Below are positions 27,101-35,934 of a stretch of DNA of 64,000 nt, piece by piece. Source of the DNA: a virus; the IMG/VR virus record IMGVR_UViG_3300034107_000725, positions 64,001 to 128,000 of that record. One strand, 5' to 3'. The position numbers and the translations under genes are program-made. Positions within the stretch are counted from its first letter, which is position 1, and each line of letters begins with the position of its first letter. A model generated the notes under the pieces. That model was not told the origin of the DNA and ran no database searches. It saw nothing but the letters and a program-made list of their open reading frames with translations.

Positions 27101-27335
27101 GCTTGACGCAGGCGGTCTTTTGCCAGAATGGGCGGGTGGAGATGGTTGGGGTACTATGGGCTGGGATCAAACTGGCTTCGAAAACGACTTTAAAGATCGG
27201 AGTATACCGGGGGCTGCCTTACATACCGTTATGAACCCACTTAAAAGCATATGGGCTGGCGGTACACGACTAGGTGATGCAGGTTATAGGGGAACGAGCT
27301 GGCTGTACGACAAGTTTAGAGGCGGGGCAAAATAG
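24153..27335 (+). CDS. rpoC: RNA polymerase beta' C-terminal half fused to a ~400-aa non-polymerase extension
   Basis: NTTVGQLL, SGSRGK, bridge helix GARRGIIATKFATQEAGFLSKQL, trigger loop QAAQALSEPISQGQLSAKHSGG, HRRNIELLAR; the extension starts after MQKRA (~26126). Confidence 0.9.
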   Translation: MLNTTVGQLLVNESLPEDLRDYNRVLDKKGMGALLQQVARQYPEKYREVSFQLSQVGQRSAQDQGGMSFGMRHLKRSKIANETRKRIQGQLDNILSDDSLTDQQRNDLIVKTVGRESEPQQKAVLEEAIQAKNPLAMQVLSGSRGKPMNLASLLAADMLYSDHRDEVIPIPVLRSYSEGLSPEEYWAGTYGARRGIIATKFATQEAGFLSKQLNQAGHRLVVMGEEGDEDPEAPTRGLVVDTDDMDNEGSLLARDVGPYKRNTPLTPKILKQLQRLGKNRILVRSPMVGGSPEGGVYARDVGIREHGTLAGLGEQVGLQAAQALSEPISQGQLSAKHSGGVAGQEKAVGGFQYINQLIQTPKKMQGGAAHSTLDGTVQRVEPAAAGGFNVTIDGKPHYVGEGFGVKVKKGDNVEAGDVLSDGIPNPAVITQYKGVGEGRRYFVNEFRKAMSASGMQGHRRNIELLARGLINHVKLTEETDDHAPDDIVPYSTLEHTYKPREGHERLTPKKALGQYLERPVLHYTIGTKIRPSMLRDFDDFGVQAIPVHKNPPPFEPHMVRGMYQMQHDPDWMTQMYGSGLKKSLLESTARGATSEERGTSFIPSLASGTDFGEVPDRAVIQPKPAYSLPKVSIPDLEPENSGSTFFGGRYKVGMQKRAVEATPPKVEAPASTSMSAPTAPTPSPSNAAELGSNNIMSPATTVQPKLDTVTQPIQPPADIPQASQTPRASQTPPASQPPPASTPAQVRADVMQASRTATPPPIQEPLPQIKRPSTKMPELSTGTASTSRLTSSRLGSQTAGIPWWRATAKPTDTTWNKTENTEFHSQPNSVLGATPSVANLAASRSYAPEPPAAPVKGYADYAQDAWDAFKNPVTTISNQLYGTPEPTAGNSFSDDGNLLARSGVNMGLKQMMGRSAPAAITAAAEAAVPLSRVGRLAAGARALLPGFLPGARLAAGGAASAAGGLSLAPAAIGFAAVNAGTELLDAGGLLPEWAGGDGWGTMGWDQTGFENDFKDRSIPGAALHTVMNPLKSIWAGGTRLGDAGYRGTSWLYDKFRGGAK

Positions 27336-27416
27336 TGTTTGGGTTGCGATGTTAGCCCACGTCGGGCTAAACTGAGTTATCCATCTATCTCTTTTTGTAA
27401 AATCCAGGTGATCAGG

Positions 27417-27641
27417 ATGTTCAACGGAATAATGCTTGGCGGTATCAGCGAGAAGTATGCGGGTGCTTACCTCTTGCCTCCAGCCAAACGGAAGAAGAAA
27501 AAGCCACAACCCGATGAAGTTGATCCAGAAGTGCTGGATAAAGTGGCATCTGCCGTTGTGCGTAATCAACAGGCTATCATGCAACAACAACTGGCGGCAG
27601 GCGACCTGGGCGGCGGCTGGAATCCATACGACCAAGTCTAA
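27417..27641 (+). CDS. Small hypothetical (KxA-type) protein
   Basis: EKYA, DKVA; ATG 27417 preferred over 27339. Confidence 0.5.
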   Translation: MFNGIMLGGISEKYAGAYLLPPAKRKKKKPQPDEVDPEVLDKVASAVVRNQQAIMQQQLAAGDLGGGWNPYDQV

Positions 27642-27691
27642 GCCAACATCACTTCTCTGGAACTGACGAGCTGTTGCTCACGGAAGGGACC

Positions 27692-30199
27692 ATGCAAACA
27701 CAACTGAATAAGACAGCCGCCCTCGGCGGCAGCGGCGGCGAAACCGAATTTGAACAGGCTTTTTCTAGCCTGGCCTATGCCTATCTACGGGATAAAGCCC
27801 CACGGTTGCTAGATTTCATGGTCGGTTTTCAACTAGTCGACCGCAATGAAGATAACACCAAAGCGATGGGTATCTTCGGATTTCAAGTTGGCAAGCAGTG
27901 GCTATATGCCCCAGTGTTCTTCTTAAACGGCGATCTCAAAGGTCACGAGTTGCTCTACATGAAGAACAACGACTCCTTTGTGCCGCTGAAGGAAAACTGG
28001 ATTAACTACATTATGAGCCGCAAGCCCCACATCTTGGGCGAGCAATCTGCCTCAAAGTTGCGAGAGCTTGGTGGCGTTTATCCGGATATCCGGACGCTTT
28101 CAATCCCACCTTCAATTGGTGGTGGCAAGCGTGCCAGTGATAACAGCTGGCTTCAAGGCGTGATGCCGATGCTGGCTGCTTTCAAAACCAAAGCGGCTAG
28201 CTCACTCTATCGTGGAGCAGGGAACCGCAAGCTCAATCAAGCTGCTGTAGTTGCCGATCCGTTCGGTGCCGCTTTGGCAAAGCAGGCTTCAATTCTGGAT
28301 TTTAACAACGTCATGCCACAGAGTCTGGAACTGATCAAGATGGCTCACGCTATCTCTGAACGGTACCCGACAATCAAACTGGCGATGCAGAAGTTCTACG
28401 GTGTAGACTGCTTCTCACGCTGGAGCAAAGACCTGCGTAACAACCTGGAGAAGGAAGCCAGCAACATTCTGCCCGTGCAGATTGCGGCCAAACCTTATAT
28501 GCCGGGCAATTTGTTGATCCCAACAGAACGACCAGCCGGACCAATCGATCACGTCAAGCAGGGCAAACTCAATCTGGATGCTCCAGAATACGTGTTTGAA
28601 CGTGGTGGATTTATTGTCGATACGCTTGATGTCAGATTCCAGGTTGAACGGGAATCTGCCGGTATTACAGACAGTCGTGCCGACGACGAAGTATCGAAGG
28701 CTTACAACACTCAAGTTGACGTGCGGATGACCAATCCAACCGAAACCAACTTGTACCGTGTGCTGGAACGTCCAGGCAAGTTCAGCAAGATGCTGGTTGT
28801 GATGCACGGCAGCAGCAACCGTGGACGAGAACCATTTGCCACGTTGGTACGACTGGAAGACAACGGCGACGGTGGTGATAAGGCCTGGCTCAACAGCCAT
28901 GCCACCAACATCTTTGCCGATCAGACCGCGGAACGCGATGAGTGGCGGGAATGGTTTGAAAGCCTGCCAGGCTCGGAATCGTTGCAAGACGGCGGTGAAT
29001 ACATCGCAGTTTCCGAGGATGGCTCGGGTACTGTGCCGTTCCATGTGCAGTCTAACTACGGCGACGGACGTCACCGTGTGGACTTCCGCACTCACGTCAA
29101 CTTCGACGAAGCTCGGCCCAGCACGATGCCTCGTTTGCAGAAGATCACCGATCCGTTTACGGAGGAAGGTTATCACATGCCGAGCACGTACGGTGCCATG
29201 CTGTACACCGATAAAGAGGGCAAGAAAGGTACACGGCTGCGAGCAATTGCCGGTGAGCTTCGCGTGCCTGACTCTTTCAAGTTCCTTAAGCTATCGGAAC
29301 CGCAAAAGCCCAGATCTGGCGAATTGATGCCTTGCTCCAATTACAACAGCCGCAGCGACATGCCGCCGATTCAGCTTGGTAAGATCGACGACATCCAGCT
29401 CTTCTTCTACGAAAAGACGGCTGGGTTGCAGTTGTTAAACAACAGCACAGACGTCTACATTGACTCGGTGCTGGGTTCAGAGCGGGTCAGTCTTAAAGAA
29501 GCCGCGTGGCATCTGGTAAGCGTGCATGGTCTTCGCGAGAAGGCAGCTCGTGAGCTGCTGGAACAGTCAGAACGTAAGGGCAAAACCAGTTACCGGATCG
29601 AGTATGCTCCGGGTTACGGCAATCAAAAGCAGGCTGGACCAAACGACAGCGTGCTGGCTGGCGGCCCAGATGCCCCAATCTTTGACGACTTTGCTGAAGA
29701 GCGAAGTGTTGAAAACTACGGGCCTCGTACTTCTGCTCCAACTCAGTACGGCGGTGAAGCTGCTTACCGTTTGAACCACTTGAGTGCAGATCAAACTGAC
29801 CCAGGTGTATGGAACCCATGGCAGAACTACGAAGCAGAAGACTTCCAGAAGAATGTACAGAAAGCTCAACAGGCTGGAGCACAGGGACAGAAGGAAGTCT
29901 TTGATACTTCGATGATCTCCGGTATGCTCAAGTCCGTTCGGCAGGATTCGCTGGTTGAACGTCACCTGGCTCCGCTGGTTGAATCTTTAGACGCCTTAGG
30001 CCGCCTGTTGATGAACTTCTACTGGCACGGCGAAGAGTTTGAAGATCGCTATGGTAAAAGCGATATGCCTGAGCTGGAAGATAGCCTTCGAAATTCCTTC
30101 GAGGCCTTGGGTGATGTTACGCTCTTCCTGAAAGAGAAAACTGTCGAATCGCCGTTTGATAGCGGTGATGTCAATCTCGAAGAAACTTCAAGGAACTAA
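27692..30199 (+). CDS. Large putative head/core protein
   Basis: NKTAA, GKRAS, AKQAS, EKEAS, EKTAG, QKQAG divide the protein; position in the head cluster; no recognisable enzyme motif. Confidence 0.6.
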   Translation: MQTQLNKTAALGGSGGETEFEQAFSSLAYAYLRDKAPRLLDFMVGFQLVDRNEDNTKAMGIFGFQVGKQWLYAPVFFLNGDLKGHELLYMKNNDSFVPLKENWINYIMSRKPHILGEQSASKLRELGGVYPDIRTLSIPPSIGGGKRASDNSWLQGVMPMLAAFKTKAASSLYRGAGNRKLNQAAVVADPFGAALAKQASILDFNNVMPQSLELIKMAHAISERYPTIKLAMQKFYGVDCFSRWSKDLRNNLEKEASNILPVQIAAKPYMPGNLLIPTERPAGPIDHVKQGKLNLDAPEYVFERGGFIVDTLDVRFQVERESAGITDSRADDEVSKAYNTQVDVRMTNPTETNLYRVLERPGKFSKMLVVMHGSSNRGREPFATLVRLEDNGDGGDKAWLNSHATNIFADQTAERDEWREWFESLPGSESLQDGGEYIAVSEDGSGTVPFHVQSNYGDGRHRVDFRTHVNFDEARPSTMPRLQKITDPFTEEGYHMPSTYGAMLYTDKEGKKGTRLRAIAGELRVPDSFKFLKLSEPQKPRSGELMPCSNYNSRSDMPPIQLGKIDDIQLFFYEKTAGLQLLNNSTDVYIDSVLGSERVSLKEAAWHLVSVHGLREKAARELLEQSERKGKTSYRIEYAPGYGNQKQAGPNDSVLAGGPDAPIFDDFAEERSVENYGPRTSAPTQYGGEAAYRLNHLSADQTDPGVWNPWQNYEAEDFQKNVQKAQQAGAQGQKEVFDTSMISGMLKSVRQDSLVERHLAPLVESLDALGRLLMNFYWHGEEFEDRYGKSDMPELEDSLRNSFEALGDVTLFLKEKTVESPFDSGDVNLEETSRN

Positions 30200-30202
30200 G
30201 CA

Positions 30203-30856
30203 ATGGCTTCAGGTTATTCACGGGTTGTCCCGTTCTCTATCATCTGTGGCACTCCAGCTTGTATCGAGCTTCCAGCACCGCCTCGCGGCGTGCTGGAACG
30301 CTTAATCATTACACAAAAAGCTGGGGATCCAGAAGCCGCGATTATCAATGTTTATGATCGTAAAGGGGCTTGCATTGCCGCCAGCGATCTGAATGTGACT
30401 GAGTCCGGCCTAGTGGCTACCATAGGAAATGATACGGGGTTTACCGCCGTAGCGTTTTCAGCTGATCATCATTTGATTGTAGGCAATCAAATTGAGATCA
30501 AGGGCAGTGATGTGACAGACTACAACACCGACCATTTGATTGTGGAAGTGGCCGACACTGACATAGTGATTACGGATGTGGCCTACACTGCTAACGGTAC
30601 GGGAGGATTGTGGCAGACGCTACCATTCAATCCAACCAACAAGCCGATCACGCATTTGATGCTGACAGCTAACGTGACTAGCGGTGAAGATCTTGTGCTG
30701 TTCGATATTCATCGAGCTTACGAGAACAAAGACAATCAAAGCGAAACGATGCGATGCCGCCATTCGTCTCTCTGGTTGGAATTTCTAACCGTAGGTGCAG
30801 TGGAGCCCAGTGATTGGGAAGTTGCATACACCTGCCAGGCAGATACTGTAATTTAA
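30203..30856 (+). CDS. Putative structural protein (beta-rich)
   Basis: HHLIVGNQIEIKGSDVTDYN small beta-barrel-like segment typical of virion proteins. Confidence 0.55.
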   Translation: MASGYSRVVPFSIICGTPACIELPAPPRGVLERLIITQKAGDPEAAIINVYDRKGACIAASDLNVTESGLVATIGNDTGFTAVAFSADHHLIVGNQIEIKGSDVTDYNTDHLIVEVADTDIVITDVAYTANGTGGLWQTLPFNPTNKPITHLMLTANVTSGEDLVLFDIHRAYENKDNQSETMRCRHSSLWLEFLTVGAVEPSDWEVAYTCQADTVI

Positions 30857-30866
30857 GGGGAGCTGT

Positions 30867-31877
30867 TTGAAGGTCTACAGGGACATAAGACTCGCTGATC
30901 CATTTCTTCGTCCGTACTGGCGTCATGAACGCGTAGTACGGATGTTAGGTAGCGTGCCTCCAGCACGGTGTCGGCGATATGACGATATCTGGATTCAAGA
31001 GTACAAGAAGTTCTTATTTGCATGGCGACGCGGTGTAGAGCATCGCGAACGCCTGCTTTATGAGAACCCGGGCTTGTACTATGCTTACAACCTGTATGAC
31101 CGCATGCATATTGAGCCAGACATGGCTCTCATGATTGAAGCTCGCCTGTTAGCGGGAAGCACTCCGGAAATGATTGCAAACGAGTGCAAGACCATTCCGG
31201 AAACAATCGAGTGGTACGAACGTCTGTTTTTCAACGTATTGGACTTTCTACCTCATCACGATTGGATTCTTAAAAACGTACTCCTACCCGCGTCTGATCG
31301 TTTTGTCGACCCTTCGATTGACGCAGTCACGAGCCTGAGAAATCCCACGGAAATCGTGCGACCATACCTGGACATGACACTGAAATTTTTCGCTTACTTT
31401 GGCGGACCGCTCGTTTGCGATATCATGATAAGTGGATTTCGACGTAACAACCAGGTTCAAAATCCAGAAGATCTTACGGACTACTTCAACGATCATTTTG
31501 CCAGTCAGCTACAACGCCGCAGTGCTCAAGCTGCCGGACAGTTTGAAATCAACAAGTACAACATCATGGAGTTGTTCACAACTCACACGAGACTTATTGA
31601 AGTGCAAAGATCCGGCAAGAATCCCGAAAATCGACACAACGATTTTGAAATGAACATCAACGAAATGTTGACCGCAATTCCTTGGACTGCCGGTAAGGCC
31701 AGCAAGACTCTGTATGAAGGTTCTATGATTGGACTGTATGATGACAGTGCGATCGAACTGGATTCGGAAGAAACAATCTTAACTGGTGTAGGTATGGAAT
31801 TGGAATCAGCCAGAGAAGCCAAAGCCACTCGAGTTTACAGCCAGGGGGAGCCACAACGCGATGCAAAGTCTAAGTAA
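30867..31877 (+). CDS. Hypothetical protein with a central HTH-like segment
   Basis: IEARLLAGSTPEMIANECKTIPETIEWYERLFFNV. Confidence 0.6.
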   Translation: MKVYRDIRLADPFLRPYWRHERVVRMLGSVPPARCRRYDDIWIQEYKKFLFAWRRGVEHRERLLYENPGLYYAYNLYDRMHIEPDMALMIEARLLAGSTPEMIANECKTIPETIEWYERLFFNVLDFLPHHDWILKNVLLPASDRFVDPSIDAVTSLRNPTEIVRPYLDMTLKFFAYFGGPLVCDIMISGFRRNNQVQNPEDLTDYFNDHFASQLQRRSAQAAGQFEINKYNIMELFTTHTRLIEVQRSGKNPENRHNDFEMNINEMLTAIPWTAGKASKTLYEGSMIGLYDDSAIELDSEETILTGVGMELESAREAKATRVYSQGEPQRDAKSK

Positions 31878-33246
31878 ATCGGACGAGCAGAAACTACTGG
31901 ACGGAGTCAAACAGGCTGTAGCCTTGGTTGACGATAAGGGTCTGACACCAGATGCCGCTTTGCAAAAAGTAGCAGAAGACCTGCAATATTCCCCCGGTTT
32001 TCTTAAGGCCGCGTGTAACGCGTTCAACACTGGTCGACAGCTGGCTCAGTGGAATGAAAACGATTCTGTGTTGGACAAGCTGGCAAGTTTCCCGCTAGCC
32101 GACTACGACAACATCCACGATAAGATGTGGGGCAAAGCCCAAGAAAAAGTAGCTGCTGCTTCATTTACGCAGCCTAAGTTTCTAACTTACGACGAACAGT
32201 TTCGCCAGGAACTGTTGAATCGTGATCTGAGTGCCTTCACCAAGTCAGCTTCCGCTGAGCCTGAGTTAAGTCCGATGGCTGCCGACGAGCAGGCTGACAA
32301 TCGCACCAAGCGGGCTTACGCTAGTTACGATTACCTTAATCGACTAGCCGAAGAAGCTCGTAGAGAAAAGACTGCAGCTGCGTCTCAGCTCGAGAAGACA
32401 GTCGGGCAACTGGAAGATTACTTCCGCAAATTTGCACACGATCGCCTGTCACTGGCTCACGTGCAACACGCTGCTGCAACATACTACGGCACAGCAGGCA
32501 AAGCTCTGATGCACCACATCGCAGACCAGTTGCCCAACGAAAAACGTGCTTCGGATTACACTTCGTCCTGGAGTGGCTTTCAATTGGCAGTGGATCGCAC
32601 ACAAGAGCCTTACACTTTGATTGAGGCATCTATCAAGCGAGCTGCTGCGTATCAAATAGCCATAGATCAACTTAACGAAGCTCAAGAGAAGCTGGCTGAG
32701 GCAAAAAAGGCAGTTGCCCCTTTTTCTCAGCCCCGGTTCGAAAGCTCGAATGGGAGCCCAGTTACCCTGACTCCCTCCTTGCTTCCTGACGCCGGGGAAA
32801 AAGAAGCCAATACCGGGGTTAGTGCAGCGTTAGCTGGTGGGTTAGGTATGGGTACTGCCAGAGAGCTGGGTGAGTACGCCATACATGGTGCGGACAGCAG
32901 GATGCAAGGATTGCTGAACGAGCTAGACGATCCAAATCACCTTAACGAACTACGGAAGATCCGAGCTCAAACGGTACTTACTCAGTTGATGAGCGATCCG
33001 GAGAGCCCTATCAGTAGTTACGATCCGGAAGAAGTACTTTCTGCTTACAACGATATGATTAAGCTCTCGCCTAGGCTGGCTGATCAACCTTCGGCGGTTG
33101 GCCCACTGTTGAACAAGCGGTTATCGGGAAATATTGAACCGTTTGAACTCGGTGAGACTTTGAAACTGGAACAAGGGCTCAAGCAAACACAATCCACCCC
33201 GTCTTATATGGACTTGACGAAAAATGAAAACAGTATCGTTGGCTGA
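31861..33246 (+). CDS. Putative internal head protein (helical, multiple KxA)
   Basis: EKVAA, TKSAS, TKRA, EKTAA, EKRAS, IKRAA, EKEA. Confidence 0.6.
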   Translation: MQSLSKSDEQKLLDGVKQAVALVDDKGLTPDAALQKVAEDLQYSPGFLKAACNAFNTGRQLAQWNENDSVLDKLASFPLADYDNIHDKMWGKAQEKVAAASFTQPKFLTYDEQFRQELLNRDLSAFTKSASAEPELSPMAADEQADNRTKRAYASYDYLNRLAEEARREKTAAASQLEKTVGQLEDYFRKFAHDRLSLAHVQHAAATYYGTAGKALMHHIADQLPNEKRASDYTSSWSGFQLAVDRTQEPYTLIEASIKRAAAYQIAIDQLNEAQEKLAEAKKAVAPFSQPRFESSNGSPVTLTPSLLPDAGEKEANTGVSAALAGGLGMGTARELGEYAIHGADSRMQGLLNELDDPNHLNELRKIRAQTVLTQLMSDPESPISSYDPEEVLSAYNDMIKLSPRLADQPSAVGPLLNKRLSGNIEPFELGETLKLEQGLKQTQSTPSYMDLTKNENSIVG

Positions 33247-34396
33247 CATTTCGTACGAGCAAGGCCTACAACTATTGGCACTGCGAAAGCAGGCCATGGA
33301 CGCTGGGCAAGTTCGTCGCATGACTCCGGAAGCATTGGCAAACACTTTTCCGCTTCGCAGCATCGGTCAAGCCACGATCGAAAAGCTAGCTGAAGGTGGA
33401 TTTTTGGATAGTCTAAAATCCGGAATTAAGAATGTTGGTGATAAGTACCAAGGCATAGATCCATCAGTTCGCAAAGCCTTACTGTCTACTGTGGCTGGAA
33501 CTGGATTAGGAGCTGCAGCCGGAGTCGGTTCAGCATACCGTAGGGGCGATAAAAACTACGGACGGAACGCTCTGCGTGGTGGTATTGCCGGGGCTGCTGT
33601 TGGTGGTGGTCTTGGTCTTGCCTTAAATCCGCAGCTGGCAAATAAGATACAGGAAAAGACTAAACCGGTAGTGGACAATCTGGATGCTAAAACGCAGCCA
33701 GGAGATCCCGCAGCTGCTAATTTACAAAGCAAGGCCACAAGCATTAATCCAGAGCTTGCAGGTCTGGCGACCGGGCTTGGTTCTGGTGGAGCCGCTATCG
33801 AAGGAATTCGTCGCGTGCATAATTATAAATCATACGATCCACAGGCGATGGCCAATCATCTTTGGGAAAAAGCTCAGACGGGTGCGGTTGGAGCTACTGA
33901 CGCTAAAGGCAAGATGAAACCTTCTAAGTTTTCGATGGAAGGTTTATCCCGTATGCTGGGTTATTCTCAGGCAGAAACCGTGGGTCGGGGTGGAAAGCTG
34001 GGTAAGGCCGAACTGTTACGCGAGCTCATCCAGAAGGGGCATGTGAATTCAGAAAGGCTTGCAACTTTACTAGAAAAAGCCGACCACGGTGCTAACGTCT
34101 TTGGAAAGATGAAATCCGGACCTACGTTTTTTAATTCAAAAACACCGGACACTAAATCGATGCTATCGTCCGTCGTGGGTAAAGAAGGATTACAAGAAGC
34201 GATGGAGGCGGCTGAACGCACTGGGTTTAGATCTGCTAAAGGTTCACTACGTCCTAAAAAGGTCGGGATTGCGGGTCTTTTGGCTACGTTGGGCTTAGGT
34301 GGCGTGGGCTACGGCATAAAGAATTATCGAGCCGATGCCGCTGTACGAAACCAAGCACTTGAAGCGGTCAAAAATCAAATCACAGATAAACCCTAA
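33224..34396 (+). CDS. Putative internal head protein with glycine-zipper hydrophobic helices
   Basis: VAGTGLGAAAGVG, GGIAGAAVGGGLGLAL, IAGLLATLGLGGVGYG; N-terminal segment ends IEKLA. Confidence 0.6.
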   Translation: MKTVSLADISYEQGLQLLALRKQAMDAGQVRRMTPEALANTFPLRSIGQATIEKLAEGGFLDSLKSGIKNVGDKYQGIDPSVRKALLSTVAGTGLGAAAGVGSAYRRGDKNYGRNALRGGIAGAAVGGGLGLALNPQLANKIQEKTKPVVDNLDAKTQPGDPAAANLQSKATSINPELAGLATGLGSGGAAIEGIRRVHNYKSYDPQAMANHLWEKAQTGAVGATDAKGKMKPSKFSMEGLSRMLGYSQAETVGRGGKLGKAELLRELIQKGHVNSERLATLLEKADHGANVFGKMKSGPTFFNSKTPDTKSMLSSVVGKEGLQEAMEAAERTGFRSAKGSLRPKKVGIAGLLATLGLGGVGYGIKNYRADAAVRNQALEAVKNQITDKP

Positions 34397-34408
34397 GGTA
34401 CACCGCTC

Positions 34409-35893
34409 ATGGCTTTGATCAAATTTGTCTCGCCTTCGGGCTGGGATTTTGAGCAACGGATTGTCTCACCGATCAAGATGAGCAGTCGAGGTTTGATTGG
34501 TGAGGATCGCCGGGAATTCCTGAAGCGAGCCAGCCATGCGTTTTTGCCCCAACTGGACAACGTCAAGTTTGCCAAGGACGAAGTCCCGGTTCACTTGATT
34601 GCTCTTGGAGCCAGCGAAGCCTACGGTCCCAACCGTAACGGTGACGGCTTTAAGGAAGCGACCTGTCGAGAACACCACCACACGTTTACCAAGTTTGCCA
34701 AGTTCTTCCGTAACCATAAGAACAAAGCCGAGCGTGGTGATCCGTACTACGGCTACGTCAAGGCATCAGCTTACAACGAAGACATGCGTCGCGTTGAGTT
34801 GCTGTGTGCCCTAAATGCCGAAAAGTCAGCCGCAAATCGCAACGGTGGATTTGTTGCAGACACTGAGTTGGAAAAGATTGCACGTGGCGAAGACATGGCT
34901 GTCAGTATGGCCTGTCGTGTGCCACATGACGTCTGTTCCTTCTGCAAGCACGCTGCAAAAAATCGATCTGAATACTGCACTCGCGAGAAATGTGCTGCCG
35001 GTGGTTGTCAAAGTAATCTGACACGATTAGTGAAGGTCGGTAGTGATCTTCACCACCTGCACGTTGACAATCCTAATCCAACGTGGTTCGATATTAGCCG
35101 TGTCTTTCGTCCAGCTGACCGTATTGCTTACGGGGCTAAAGCGGACTATCTAACCAAAGCTGCTGCGGATTCTGGAATTTTTGAGTTGCAAGATTACATC
35201 AAAATGGCGGAGAATTCTACCGCACCGCTTGATGTGATTCTGTACCAATCCGGTCACCACGGTTTCTGGTCTGAGAAGTTCGCAGCTCAAGTAAAACTAG
35301 GATATGGACTAGCTGCACTTGAAAAATACGAAACAGCAAGAGATGCTAATACATATCGAGCCCACGCAACTGCCGATTTTCCAATCGAAAAGATGGCAGC
35401 GTTCGGCTCCTCCCAATGCGATACTCAGTTGGCTGCGATGGCCGATCGAAAAATCATCTTGAGTTTGAAGGATTACGCACGATTGGCAGGCCGAGAAGAA
35501 CATGTTAAAAGTGCTGCTGCTTTCTTACCGGGGATCTATTCTCATATGACCACCGATGAGTCGTTACCCCTCAGGGTCGAAAGCGGCATGTGCTCGTTTA
35601 TCGAAAAGACAGCCAACGAAAGCTCTCGTATGCTCGCGGCTACACTTCATGCAGAGTACTCTCTGCAGAAGGAAGCAGTTGAGGATCGGGGCTTTCTGAG
35701 TTGTATCCGGGGGCAGCCTGCTCCCGTGATTGTCCCGTATGAAAAGTCAGCCACTTGTGACGAACACGGTGAAAGGCTTGCCAAGGATTACGCTATGTAC
35801 AAATTGGCAGCCCTCTGGCGTGTCGCCGCAGTGGATACAGACTTTCCATTGACAGTGAGTTTGAGTCTCCGTCAAAATCGAGTTTTTCACTAG
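34409..35893 (+). CDS. Prohead (maturation) serine protease
   Basis: NGDGF, FRNH (His), YNEDMRRVEL, VSMACRVPHDVCSFC (Ser plus Zn-like Cys); lies upstream of scaffold and capsid genes. Confidence 0.8.
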   Translation: MALIKFVSPSGWDFEQRIVSPIKMSSRGLIGEDRREFLKRASHAFLPQLDNVKFAKDEVPVHLIALGASEAYGPNRNGDGFKEATCREHHHTFTKFAKFFRNHKNKAERGDPYYGYVKASAYNEDMRRVELLCALNAEKSAANRNGGFVADTELEKIARGEDMAVSMACRVPHDVCSFCKHAAKNRSEYCTREKCAAGGCQSNLTRLVKVGSDLHHLHVDNPNPTWFDISRVFRPADRIAYGAKADYLTKAAADSGIFELQDYIKMAENSTAPLDVILYQSGHHGFWSEKFAAQVKLGYGLAALEKYETARDANTYRAHATADFPIEKMAAFGSSQCDTQLAAMADRKIILSLKDYARLAGREEHVKSAAAFLPGIYSHMTTDESLPLRVESGMCSFIEKTANESSRMLAATLHAEYSLQKEAVEDRGFLSCIRGQPAPVIVPYEKSATCDEHGERLAKDYAMYKLAALWRVAAVDTDFPLTVSLSLRQNRVFH

Positions 35894-35934
35894 AGAACGA
35901 GCGGAACTCTAAGCCGTTTAGCAAGGAGTGCGAT

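Noticed and set aside
11953-27335. Inteins or self-splicing introns in nrdJ or RNAP genes
   Set aside because: Conserved motifs are collinear without large inserts; no C/S...HN-C/S/T ends or LAGLIDADG/HNH motifs. The ORFs between the RNAP halves have their own SDs
18004-27335. Bacterial chromosomal rpoBC locus (host contamination)
   Set aside because: No ribosomal-protein neighbours; highly divergent, split, Zn-less enzyme inside phage head genes
28415-29176. 253-aa minus-strand ORF (likewise 59581-60450, 60664-61269, 2084-2728)
   Set aside because: Entirely antisense to long, well-supported genes; no motifs; explained by codon bias
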